Source: Candidatus Spongiisociaceae bacterium (GTDB taxonomy: Bacteria > Actinomycetota > Acidimicrobiia > Spongiisociales > Spongiisociaceae). From it: DNA of 64,000 nucleotides. Shown piece by piece: positions 12,001 to 17,632 of this stretch. Location: positions 768,001 through 832,000 of the forward strand of contig OZ241841.1 in assembly GCA_965202665.1 (NCBI GenBank). Direction: 5' to 3'. The notes beneath the pieces are model-generated. The model had not been told where the DNA came from. It searched no databases and was given only the letters and a program-made list of their open reading frames with translations. The first letter of the stretch is position 1. Every line of letters begins with the position of its first letter. Position numbers and translations under genes: made by a program.

Positions 12001-12105
12001 CACCGGAACCAACGGCAACAACCCCACCACCAACACCACCGCCAAACCCAACCCCCACACACGCCCCCACACCCCACCGAACCCAACCCCGGACATCCGC
12101 CCCAT
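1..12105 (-). CDS. Giant secreted Calx-beta/Ig-like repeat surface protein (adhesin), >=4035 aa, 3' end outside window
   Basis: ATG at 12105 follows GGAGG. The N-terminus MGRMSGVGFGGVWGRVWGLGLAVVLVVGLLPLVPVGVVGQ is signal-like. The same frame near base 1 reads NGTATAGEDYQTLAPFDIRIPAN (Calx-beta-like motif). The track lists no minus-strand ORF terminating in this frame, consistent with no stop before the window edge. Spot translations at 5221-5400 and 9241-9360 are open. Confidence 0.9.
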   Translation of the reverse strand, partial: MGRMSGVGFGGVWGRVWGLGLAVVLVVGLLPLVPVGVVGQVPTVSFSITDRSNNPVSSVAENDGDLQLRLHVNISPAAHKGGDAFFNTAGGATRHVDYQFGLHGNCCTSASNWNDHITDNSWFNWGSGDTHKQIDFTLRMVDDTVREYYESFKIKLYDWAKVSGFSYANTEVGLSIADRDRRLGVAYSVSEVSEGMAGVGQSGTVSLRWGDTSSGVFVPVTANLTSASVGDVQVRAVDGTAKGVVSGVTDERRDYEFAHFNNAVLANRRLVGIRPWVASDSVEDVRFQALSEVGDRVAEPPEVFYVTVDRGYVSGAPVTIVDDDTNIALSVSSSNSSFSAFAESDIPQPVTVTARFRDAVRSVIPSDTVVNVSFASSTTNGAVVSSGACPQTSGDVCTDAGNSFSVTIPAGELSGSATVAMTARDEGGASEGVEGVTLSGTASVGGRSVDVSSTSFQIYDAAHPKVIGLSLHETATGEAGLSSVGEGVGKAVRVRATMAGSWQSVWESRYSRVVWVTPGSVGGSATLGSCSGSGQSRVCTGDFGRSTGEVTVRMEPSDSMATVGDVTITTYDDTVTEDGESVVFWGRSNSQWVVAPAMLTINDGDRYVDLSVSPSTVAEPASGNTRNDMRLTARFGQMVDNVFVPSTSSTHSSSFTSRLYFRDQSATQEDDQGNVDDFYQIGFSFRDISIAAGSVSGSVTWPFNFYADNKAEGTEDFRFEWGNSQVAGYSLSPNPNVYITDPDSALNLSIDADGGTTGVQPLREGESLSGAVGVAAFSAGSSTIGSATSVVLSAGLGAPGAGVASAVDFTYAPASPNTVSVAANSVSGSAALGGLAVVDDGVVEGPETFVLSGVVTGVAGVSAADSSVTIVDDDADIDLTVSESSVLEGAGEQAITVRAAFRGSSSVLTAATDVTVTLASAASGGAVLSSAVCPQTSGDVCSDKTNNQFTVSIPAGATSGSATLRLTARDDGNAEGGEGLVLSGTASVGGAAVAVASAEISVFDPGQAIDLSLTDTAQTPVALTAVGEDGGARVVRVTATAPAAVSAETVVSVTVGAAGGSADPQSCAGSGQNEVCTGGDYAKSDPATITIPSGGTSGSVDVTVTPLEDTISEENETIRVGGSAGGYAVRGADLEITDQDRTVGIGVGEGEASYGEGGDPQSGWATRSQCMTSAPFSRTVTGRLGGLSAEGVFTAATSSTLGSNVRGRVRTVDGTATYNQDYSSDGFAVDTMPTAWEFITIAAGSTSGTATVQLVSCVDDVAEGDETYQMTISSLPAGFGADPQLMTVTDDDSRPGLRGSVSEDADGTVGVEAFLPAGSSELTDPLVVSLTSVGADSAGTADFSYPSPAPVLLTIPAGSTSVSGTIPGLTITNDASVEGPERLTLGGTDASGVAVSGSLAIVDDDAVIDVLVSPAEVLEQAAAQRIGVTARFRGETSALTAATAVTATIAGSQLGATLAAACPATSEDACTDQANNQFTISIPAGSVEASGSFMLTARSDNAADNDEDLTVSGAAAIGGEAAVVEGTELTIYDPGRSIALSFTDTASTPVPLVDVGEDGGAKVIRVVASAPVAPTSAVVVDVVVGAEGTTAGAGDYSSSADRVSVTIAANDTSGTADVTITPASDTITEDLEIIRFTGSATGYAVVANDLVIQDQDRAVKVMAAEGDLVVREPREGEALTNQYNGILKFFRGMTAVLGGVSGGVFTPSTSSTYSSNLGMRVRVDAGTATVGGQTSTTDDIFHEHGEADDPLEVTINAGALSGNVNIVYAPTAVPVVAVLKDTVAEPDQIFYFRPAVPSGWTAVRETITIQDSNQIAITVDTDSATGTQTTLAEGATGSGVTVSAAYYNATTSVISSATNVTLSAAAPTPAGAGKAVAADFTYTPATPNTITFPANNATPSATATLTGLTVTDDAIVEGPETITISGSSPLGDATPATITIVDDDDDITLSVFPASVAEGSGTQTITVTAAFAGTTSALTAATDVTVTVASASSNGATLAACPSSTTDVCVTGLTSSQLTVTIPAGETSGAATFQLTARDDTTADDDEKLTVTGSATVGGATATVTGTEMSMRDPGRAITLSFTDTAQTPAALTAVEEDGGAQTVRVVATVGTAPTADTDVTVTVGATGGTAALGTLGDYLRSAGEATVTIAANDTSGTADVTITPVQDRVTEDHETIRFAGAATGYAVVPADLQIIDQDRVIKFTLNPDTIDEWASRRSSVVSDGTATLGGTSGGVFTPSTSSTYSSNMNLQAWSPEGSGNSQNTRTIARYHVYDWESYLFYLRKYFNIPSGSLTASQDISHSVEVNNTADPDEAIKRLGARTLPAGFTQERAWIKVRDVTDSRVVFRVDTDGNTMGNQTEIAEGASGTGVEVWAGWPSGVTATRHTTPVTATLTIEEDTEPEAGEAGDADFDYAPPSPLSFTIPVKVAEDLMATPPVVGVSGLKSSSGTLAGLSVVDDSIVEGPETIAFGGTSSLGAGHPVSGELVIADDDADISLSVFPAVVAEGSGAQTITVTARFAGTSSVLTADTAVTVTVAAASSGGAVVSSAVCPQTGDDVCTDKTSNQFTVTIPAGQLLGSGSFQLTAREDSTADDEEGLTISGSAAVGGAAVEVTGTAMTVRDADKAITLTLTDTAQTPAALTEVEEDGGAQTVRITATASAAVGASPVNVTVMVGASGGDALLNTDFTRSSATATITIPAQGTSGSADVTITPLSDTITENREMIWFTGSVAGYGVVAAGLGIADQDRFIRVSPLVDRYTEPLPGGFSYTTHQVGFRADLGGVSGGVFTASTASAYSAGLNNLRVTMREGTALDYTGPCPLVSCDWRWNGNLGQVLVSIPAGSLSATLAASAFSTLQVYRYGPVAEAVETIEVVVAEPAGFTVVAGIISIVDEYDTRVALQVDTDGDVDGDQTVIWEGGSGSVSVSGSFRSGTVNEVGSDVVVALSTAVETPGAGKAVAADFSYAPSSPNSFTIPGTEVDHDGDGSDPMATPPGTPDRLVSYSLVPATLTGLTIVDDTIVEGPETFLVNGTSSLGAVTAATVTIGDDDVDVDLSVSPSLVAEGAGAQTITVTARFKGSSTVLTEAVDVAVQVAGASGGAALAAAPCPQASGDACTDKTGNQFTVTIPAGSLSANGTFQLTARDDNVAEGAEALTVSGSAMVGGLAVDVESAVVNVVDRGIELSVSSGGSALTGLGEDSGSTTVRVTATLPVASSTPVVVGVNVTGGSATLDDDSMFGAGEDFRVSYPQGSPPAGYGMGISIPAGRVSGWADIVVAVNDDRAAEGAAETISVDGAVASGSVLAVVDTAFDITDNDSGITLNVTADALEEDGDGRAARVTASLAGTTSQIGVATVVTLSFAAGAGTEAADYTAPGAGSEITVTIPAGSVSSSSTALTGLGITDDAIAEVGETIQVGGTTPGLSVTPASLTIQDDDSVIVLTASAAAAEGGTGSGITVSAAFQTGTTSSEIATATAVTLTVGDGTAVSPADYQNSGTYTVTIPAQATGAAAGTALTGLTVKHDDITEGRETIIISGTSALGAAASAVLAVADADTALTISATPDLLVERPNHYIVTVTAAFDNVASSARTAAVPVTVTLADDTATHGTSNDWYTNLPSNRQLTVNIPAGRTSGAATFRIVARADSTGESTERVSLTATAQVDGSAVTATAARLEIVDQGVTLGWANNTGTPLTAIAEDSGTTTLRITASIPVVAPAGGAVIGVNIANGTAAPAAASTGFGTGEDYRITLPTSPAPPAGYDLAVAISAGETSGHATVTLQVNDDNTAEGASEGADPETIHIEGGTLTLGGSTLPVIGANLNITDDDQAPDEITITLQTPGGADLAQIFETTATTPVVVKAAYQGTNTLPHSVIVPLGVAKVGDTAIPDTDYKDVTSPPSITIPAYQTQGTARFDLEAIDDDDPESPETITVRGDPDDTLTAFTVGEDTLTLVDDESAVTLSLDVAQAAEGTRQNVTVKAAFSAGVTQTAQKTIRVTVNNGTATAGEDYQTLAPFDIRIPANTNYATTNITLNLTPDDRV
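1260..10960 (-). repeat. ~1.6-kb (~540 aa) intragenic super-repeats, 6-7 copies
   Basis: The motif CPxxxxDxC...(F/L)T(V/I)xIPAG recurs at ~10930, 9290, 7710, 6090, 4440 and 2780, with a Cys-less version at ~1290. The (GG)VF(T/V)x(S/A)T(S/A)S motif recurs at ~10160, 8530, 6985, 5390 and 3745. Confidence 0.85.
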
Positions 12106-12194
12106 CACCAACCTCCAAACTCTCCAACGACGAACCAATACCAAACCCGCCGCCGCAACAGGCCACCGAACCCACACAGAGCCCAGCACCCAAA

Positions 12195-12222
12195 ACCCTA
12201 ACCCCCCCCCCCAATATGTCAA
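12195..12222 (-). promoter_or_regulatory. Sigma-70-type promoter of the adhesin: -35 TTGACA (12222-12217), 16-nt spacer containing G11 (12212-12202), -10 TAGGGT (12200-12195)
   Basis: Perfect -35 and a TANNNT -10, about 90 nt upstream of the ATG; read directly from the sequence. Confidence 0.7.
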
Positions 12223-12250
12223 ACCGCCGCCCACGCCCAGCCGCTGAAGC

Positions 12251-12851
12251 GGTTCTTCGCGTTTGAGGGGGGAGTAGGGGGTTGGGGGGTATTGAGGTGG
12301 TGGGGGCGTAGGAGACAGTTGAGGGCCTGCTGGTGGGGGTGCGATTGGAGGGGAGACCGCGGTGCGGGGGCGGGGTGTTGAGTAAGGGTTGGAAGAGGGC
12401 GCGGTTGGTGGATCAGCCTAGTTTCGGCCGGTCGGTGATTCTGGAGTGGCGGAAACACCGGGGGCGGTGTCCTGATGCGGGGTGCGGGTGGGGTCGTTTA
12501 CGGAGCAGGACCCGCGGATAGCCCCAGTGCGAGCCCGATTGACCACGCGGGCGGGTAGGTGGGCGACATGGCAGGTGGGTCGGGGGCGGACGGTGGAGGA
12601 GGAGGAGGAGGAGGAGCTGGTTTGCTCGTGGCATACCGCGTCCAAGGAGGTGAACCGGTGGTCCAAGCAGGAGAACTCCACAGGGAAGTACGCGACGCAT
12701 GGCACGCTAAAGAAACGTACCAGGAATCTACCAAACCAACCACCCCCCCGAAGGCGACAAATACATCCGCCTGCTCGCCGCAGACCTCCAAGACCAACCC
12801 TGCTCCCCCGAAGTCAGCCAACTCGGACCAACCTCGGCCTCAAGCGTAAGC
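12251..12851 (+). pseudogene. Internally deleted, frameshifted ISL3-family transposase remnant
   Basis: The left end GGTTCTTCGCGTTTGAG resembles ISL3 termini, with a degenerate complement at ~12839-12851. Fragments in several frames match ISL3 segments: RLVDQPSFGRSVILEWRKHRGRCPDAGC, SFTEQDPRIAPVRARLTTRAGRWATWQVGRGRTV, EVRDAWHAKET and DLQDQPCSPEVSQLG. Confidence 0.8.
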
Positions 12852-12863
12852 GGGCAGGTTGGA

Positions 12864-13499
12864 TCAGAGGGGGAGGGGGGGGCGGTAGAGCCAGATGAAA
12901 CCGGCCAGCCAGGCCGCGTACAGCAGGGCCGGGGCGTGCTCCCGCCAACGGGGAGAGGCGAATTGCCGCACCAGCCACAGCAAAGGAACCCCCGCCGCCA
13001 GAGCCGCCGACACTCCGCTCCGGGCCGTCAGGGACAACTGATCGGGAATCAAACCGAACAGGTCGGAGAAAGAAACCAGGCGCCGGGCGAACCCGGCTAA
13101 AAGCCCCGCCACCGGCGCGAACACCACCAGCCCCACCGCGGTGGCCGCCGCCGACTCCCAAGCTTTGGTTCCCTCGACGTGATCCGAGGCGCGCAGGCCG
13201 CTCTCCACCGCCAACCCCAACAGGAAAGTTCCCAGCAGGGCGGTCACCAAACCGGACGACAGGGCTTCCGCCTCCGGCCCGGCGATGTCCAACGTCCGCA
13301 CCCCCGTCCCGTGCACCAGCAACCCCAGCCCGGCTCCGGTCACAGCCGTTCCCGCCACCGCCAAACCCACCCCCCACACGGTGCGCCACGAGCGCAAAGT
13401 CAGCCCCGCCCAGCGGCGGAACTCCGAGCCGGCCTGCAGAAAACCGGGCAGGCCCTCCCCCGCCCGCAACCGGGACCAACCCCCCCGCATGCGGCTCAC
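12864..13499 (-). CDS. Hypothetical integral membrane protein
   Basis: About 5 hydrophobic segments; start overlaps the glcF stop. Confidence 0.7.
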   Translation of the reverse strand: MSRMRGGWSRLRAGEGLPGFLQAGSEFRRWAGLTLRSWRTVWGVGLAVAGTAVTGAGLGLLVHGTGVRTLDIAGPEAEALSSGLVTALLGTFLLGLAVESGLRASDHVEGTKAWESAAATAVGLVVFAPVAGLLAGFARRLVSFSDLFGLIPDQLSLTARSGVSAALAAGVPLLWLVRQFASPRWREHAPALLYAAWLAGFIWLYRPPLPL

Positions 13500-14719
13500 G
13501 AACCCGTCCCCGCCAGGGCATCCCGGTACAACTCCACCGGATGGGCCACCCGCACCTCCCCGCCCAGGTAACTGCGCAGCTGGATTTCACATCCCGGGTT
13601 GGCCGACGCCACCGTGTCCGTCCCGGCGCCCCGCACTTGGTCGGCTTTGGCCCGGCCCAGCATGGCCGACATTTCCGGCTCCAACATGGAATAGAGGCCG
13701 GCAGCCCCGCAACATTGCCCGTCCGGGTCGATTTCCACCGGACGCAGGCCGGCCGCGGCCAGCACCTGCCGGGGCTGGTCGGTTATCCGCTGCGCGTGGC
13801 GGAGATGGCACGGATCCTGCACCGCCACCTCCCTCCCCCGCTCCTCCAGCCGGGGCAGCCGCCCGTCGGCGATCGCCTCCGCCACCACCTCGGTAATGTC
13901 CGCCGTTTTGGCGGCCAACTCCTCCCCGCCCTCCGTCCAATGCCCGTACTCTTTCAAATGGGCCCCGCATCCGGCGGCGTCGGCCACCACCAGATCGACT
14001 TCCCGGAAAGCGGCCAAGTTGACCTCCGCCATCCGCCGGGCCTCCCCCGCCCACCCGTCGTGGGCGGCCAGGGCGCCGCAACAGGTCTGGTCGGGCGGGA
14101 CAATCACCTCGTAACCCGCCCGGGCCAGCAACTCGGCCGCCGCCTCATGCACCTCCGGGAACCAAACGTCCATCACGCATCCGGACAGCAAAGCCGCCCG
14201 GCCCCGCGCCTTCCCCGCCGCGGGCTGCGCCTCCCCCGCCGTCGGGCGGCCGCGCCGCGACATGGGGCGGAGGCCGAGCAGCGCGGAGCGCATAGGGCGG
14301 GGGGCCAACCGGTAAAGGCCGGTGCGGCGGGCCAGAACCGCCATCCGGGTGACGGCCCGCAAAGCCGCCCGGCTGCGCAGCAACCTGGTGGTGGCCAGGC
14401 GGCGCATCCGCCGGCCCGGCCCCGGCGACTGGACGGCCGCCTCCGCCCGGGCTCCTTCCATGGCCCGCCCGAAGGGGACGAAAGACGGGCAGGCCGTCTC
14501 GCACGCCCGGCACTGCAGGCACAACCCCATCATCCCGGCGAACCGGTCGTCCACCGGCATGCCCAAAGCGGCGGCCGACATGGCCGTCAGACGGCCCCGG
14601 GGGGAGGCGGTCTCCTGGCCGGTGAGCCGGAAAGTGGGACACGCCGGCAGGCACAGGCCGCATTGGATGCAGCCGTTCAGGTCGTCCCACAGGGGGGCGT
14701 GCTCCGTCACCCAGGGCAT
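13496..14719 (-). CDS. glcF: Glycolate oxidase Fe-S subunit (GlcF-like)
   Basis: CIQCGLCLPACP and CLQCRACETACP 4Fe-4S motifs plus two CCG domains; true start MPWVTEH is TGATG-coupled to glcE. Confidence 0.85.
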   Translation of the reverse strand: MPWVTEHAPLWDDLNGCIQCGLCLPACPTFRLTGQETASPRGRLTAMSAAALGMPVDDRFAGMMGLCLQCRACETACPSFVPFGRAMEGARAEAAVQSPGPGRRMRRLATTRLLRSRAALRAVTRMAVLARRTGLYRLAPRPMRSALLGLRPMSRRGRPTAGEAQPAAGKARGRAALLSGCVMDVWFPEVHEAAAELLARAGYEVIVPPDQTCCGALAAHDGWAGEARRMAEVNLAAFREVDLVVADAAGCGAHLKEYGHWTEGGEELAAKTADITEVVAEAIADGRLPRLEERGREVAVQDPCHLRHAQRITDQPRQVLAAAGLRPVEIDPDGQCCGAAGLYSMLEPEMSAMLGRAKADQVRGAGTDTVASANPGCEIQLRSYLGGEVRVAHPVELYRDALAGTGS

Positions 14720-15795
14720 CACAGGCCGCCCGGCAGAACGCCCGGATTCAGAATCCGATCCGGATCGAACAGGGAAACCAGTTTCCGCTGGATGGGCAAA
14801 GAGGCGGGCGGGGTCCCCCACGGGTCCACCCGCTCCCGCAACTCGGCCGGGGCCTCCAGCAACGCCAGGCATCCCCCGTCCGCTTCCGCCTGCGCCCGCA
14901 AGCCGTTCAAGAAATCCGGTTCGGCCCGCCCGGCGGCGGTTACCTCCCCCACCCCGAACTGGGCCACATAGGCGAAACCGGCGGCGGCCCGCAGGCGGTT
15001 GACGATGGAACGCAGCCGGGAAGGGGGGGTCCGCACCGAAAACCGGAGGGGGCCGGCGGGAGGGTCCGGCCAAACCCAGCCTTCGGAAACCTCCCCTCCC
15101 AGAGCAGCCGACTGCCCCTCCACTTCTTCGGGGGTTCCCGACAGGAACACGGAAGTCCCCCGCTCGGTTTCCAAAACGGCCAATGGGCGGTAGGCGCGGG
15201 ACAGGGCCTCCTCGGCGGATGAAACCCCGACGGTGGCCCGTGCCATGGGCAAAGGCCACAGCTTCAGGCACACTTGCGCGATCAGGCCCAGCGAACCCAG
15301 GGAACCCACCGCCAAGCGGGGCAGGTCGTAGCCGGTGACGTTTTTCACCAGTCGCCCCCCGGCGGTGACCGTCCGCCCGTCCCCGGTCACCAACGTCACT
15401 TCCAACACCCGGTCCCGGAGGGGGCCGTAGCGGAAGCGCCGCCATCCCGACCGGCCGGCCGCCAGCGCCCCTCCCACCGTGCCCTCCCCGGGGCGTTCGG
15501 TCAGGGCCGCCGTCTGGCCCCGTTCGGCCAGGACGCCCTCCAACTCCCGGATGGGCAGTCCCGCTTCCACCGCCACCGTCAAATCCTCCGGCTCCCAAGC
15601 CGTTATCTTCCGCAGTCCGGCGGTGGACACCTCCAAATCCGGGCTGAAAGGGTAACCGAGGCCCTGCTGGGTTCCGCCCCCCCGCACCCGGATGCGGGTT
15701 CCGGAGGCAGAGGCGTCGGCCAGCAAACTAGCCGCCTCCCCGACCGTCTCCGGGACGACCTGCGGCGGACCGGGCGAAGCCGGCACGGCGCTCAC
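14719..15795 (-). CDS. glcE: Glycolate oxidase FAD-binding subunit (GlcE-like)
   Basis: VRGGGT, EPEDLTVAVEAG and GGRLVKNVTGYDL motifs; lies between glcD and glcF. Confidence 0.85.
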   Translation of the reverse strand: MSAVPASPGPPQVVPETVGEAASLLADASASGTRIRVRGGGTQQGLGYPFSPDLEVSTAGLRKITAWEPEDLTVAVEAGLPIRELEGVLAERGQTAALTERPGEGTVGGALAAGRSGWRRFRYGPLRDRVLEVTLVTGDGRTVTAGGRLVKNVTGYDLPRLAVGSLGSLGLIAQVCLKLWPLPMARATVGVSSAEEALSRAYRPLAVLETERGTSVFLSGTPEEVEGQSAALGGEVSEGWVWPDPPAGPLRFSVRTPPSRLRSIVNRLRAAAGFAYVAQFGVGEVTAAGRAEPDFLNGLRAQAEADGGCLALLEAPAELRERVDPWGTPPASLPIQRKLVSLFDPDRILNPGVLPGGL

Positions 15796-17216
15796 ACCCA
15801 GGCGCCCTCGGGGGGAGGGCGGCCGAAATCAAAACAGCGGGAGCCTTCGGGGAGGATCTTGTTCGGGTTGAGCAAGCCGTCCGGATCGAAGGCCTCCCGG
15901 ATGCGGGCTTGGGCGTCCAAGTCGGTTTCGTTGAAAACCAGCGGCATGAAATCCCGTTTTTCCACTCCGATGCCGTGCTCCCCGGACAGGGCCCCGCCCA
16001 GTTTCACGCACATCTCAATCAGGTCTTCGCCCGCCGCCGCCACCCGCTCCCTCACCCCCGGTTCGGAGGCGTCGAAAGTCATCAGCGGATGCAGGTTGCC
16101 GTCGCCGGCGTGGAACACGTTCAGCATCGGGATGTCATGGCGGCGGGAAATCTCATAGACGCTTTCGATGGCCTCCACCAGCTTGGTGCGGGGAACCACC
16201 GTGTCGTGCAGGTAATAGTCGGGTTTCATCTGGGCGATGGCCCCGAAAGCCGCCTTGCGGCCCCGCCAGATGTCGTCCCGTTCCGCTTCATCGGCCGCCG
16301 CCCGGATAATGACCGCCCGGTTCCGCTCGGCGATGCCCCGGATGAGCCGGGATTCGGCTTCCACGGCCATGGGATGGCCGGTCACTTCGGCGATCAGCAC
16401 CGCCCCCGCCTCGGTGGGGAACCCGGCCCGGGCGAACCTTTCCACCGCCTCCACCATCGCCTGGTCCATCATCTCCAAAGCGGCGGGCACCACCCCGGCC
16501 GCGATCACCTCCGACACCACGGCCGCCGCCTCGGCGACCCGTTCGAAAGCCAGCAACAGGGTGCCCACCGCCGGGGGATTGGGGGTGAGTTTGACCAACA
16601 CGTCCGTGACGATCCCCAAAGTTCCTTCGGAGCCGACCAGGGCGGCCCGCAAGTCCAAACCGATCGGGTCGGGAGCGGGCCCCCCGACGATGAAAACCTC
16701 TCCGTCGGAGGCCACCACCTCCAAAGCCAAAACGTGATTGGCGGTGGTTCCCTCGGCCAGGCAGTGCGGGCCGCCCGAATTGTTGGCCACGTTCCCACCG
16801 ATGGTGCAGGCCGACTGCGAGGACGGGTCGGGGGCGAAATGGAACCCGAAGGGGGTCAAATGCTTGGTCAGGTCCAGGTTGACAACCCCCGGCTGCGCCC
16901 AAACGCAACGATCCTCCACCGACACTTCGCCGATGCGGTTCATGCGGGTGACCACCAGCAACACCGCCGGGGTGGTGGCGACGGTTCCGCCCGCCAAACC
17001 GGTGCCCGCCCCGCGGGGTATCACCGCCGTCTCGTGCTTTTTAGCGGATTTGACGATGGCGGCCACCTCGGCGGTGTTGTGCGGAAACACCACCAGGCTG
17101 GGCTCGCCCCGGTCGATCCCGGCGTCCTTGCTGAACACGTAGCGTTCCAACGGGTCGGACAGCACCCGGTCGTCGCCCAACAGGTCCCGCAAATCCGACT
17201 CCAACATCTGCAACAT
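15792..17216 (-). CDS. glcD: Glycolate oxidase FAD-linked subunit (GlcD-like)
   Basis: PRGAGTGLAGG, APDPSSQSACTIGGN, HAGDGNLHP and GEHGIGVEK motifs. Confidence 0.9.
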   Translation of the reverse strand: MLQMLESDLRDLLGDDRVLSDPLERYVFSKDAGIDRGEPSLVVFPHNTAEVAAIVKSAKKHETAVIPRGAGTGLAGGTVATTPAVLLVVTRMNRIGEVSVEDRCVWAQPGVVNLDLTKHLTPFGFHFAPDPSSQSACTIGGNVANNSGGPHCLAEGTTANHVLALEVVASDGEVFIVGGPAPDPIGLDLRAALVGSEGTLGIVTDVLVKLTPNPPAVGTLLLAFERVAEAAAVVSEVIAAGVVPAALEMMDQAMVEAVERFARAGFPTEAGAVLIAEVTGHPMAVEAESRLIRGIAERNRAVIIRAAADEAERDDIWRGRKAAFGAIAQMKPDYYLHDTVVPRTKLVEAIESVYEISRRHDIPMLNVFHAGDGNLHPLMTFDASEPGVRERVAAAGEDLIEMCVKLGGALSGEHGIGVEKRDFMPLVFNETDLDAQARIREAFDPDGLLNPNKILPEGSRCFDFGRPPPEGAWV

Positions 17217-17332
17217 AAGGTTGATGGTAATACCCGCGCGTGACGGAAACGCTGTCGGCGGCGGCGGGAGCGGCCTGTTACGATGGGATGGGTTTCCGCC
17301 GGGAGGGCCGGCGGAGGCCGGCAGGAGGAGAA

Positions 17333-17590
17333 ATGGCGATCGTCGCCCAGCCCACCCCCAATCCCAACGCCTACAAATTCGCGGTCGGCAGGCCGGTGGG
17401 CGGCCCGGCCAGTTACACGGCGGGGGACGGGGCGGACCATCCGGCGGCGGCCGAGTTGCTGGAAGTGGAAGGCGTGTCCGGCGTGTTCATGTCCGCCGAC
17501 TTTTTCACCCTCTCCAAAACCCCCGAATCCGACTGGGAAAACCTCATCCCCGCCGCCCGGTCCATCCTGGAAACCCACTACCCGGACTGA
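17333..17590 (+). CDS. Nfu/NifU N-terminal domain protein
   Basis: PTPNPNAYKF...GVSGVFMSADFFTLSK; GGAGGAG RBS. Confidence 0.8.
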   Translation: MAIVAQPTPNPNAYKFAVGRPVGGPASYTAGDGADHPAAAELLEVEGVSGVFMSADFFTLSKTPESDWENLIPAARSILETHYPD

Positions 17591-17632
17591 CCCCCCGCTC
17601 CTTGCGCGCCCGTTGCCGCGTCGGCCCGGGTT

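Noticed and set aside
1-12105. Diversity-generating retroelement acting on the adhesin
   Set aside because: No reverse transcriptase and no near-identical TR/VR pair differing only at adenines is visible in the window.
91-12201. Dozens of plus-strand ORFs and short minus-strand ORFs in the track
   Set aside because: They are antisense or off-frame shadows of the single giant minus-strand gene, with low-complexity Thr/Val/Ser or Arg/His translations.
12596-12616. (GAG)n run as a contingency locus
   Set aside because: It is an in-frame triplet run inside a dead transposase fragment, with no plausible functional output.
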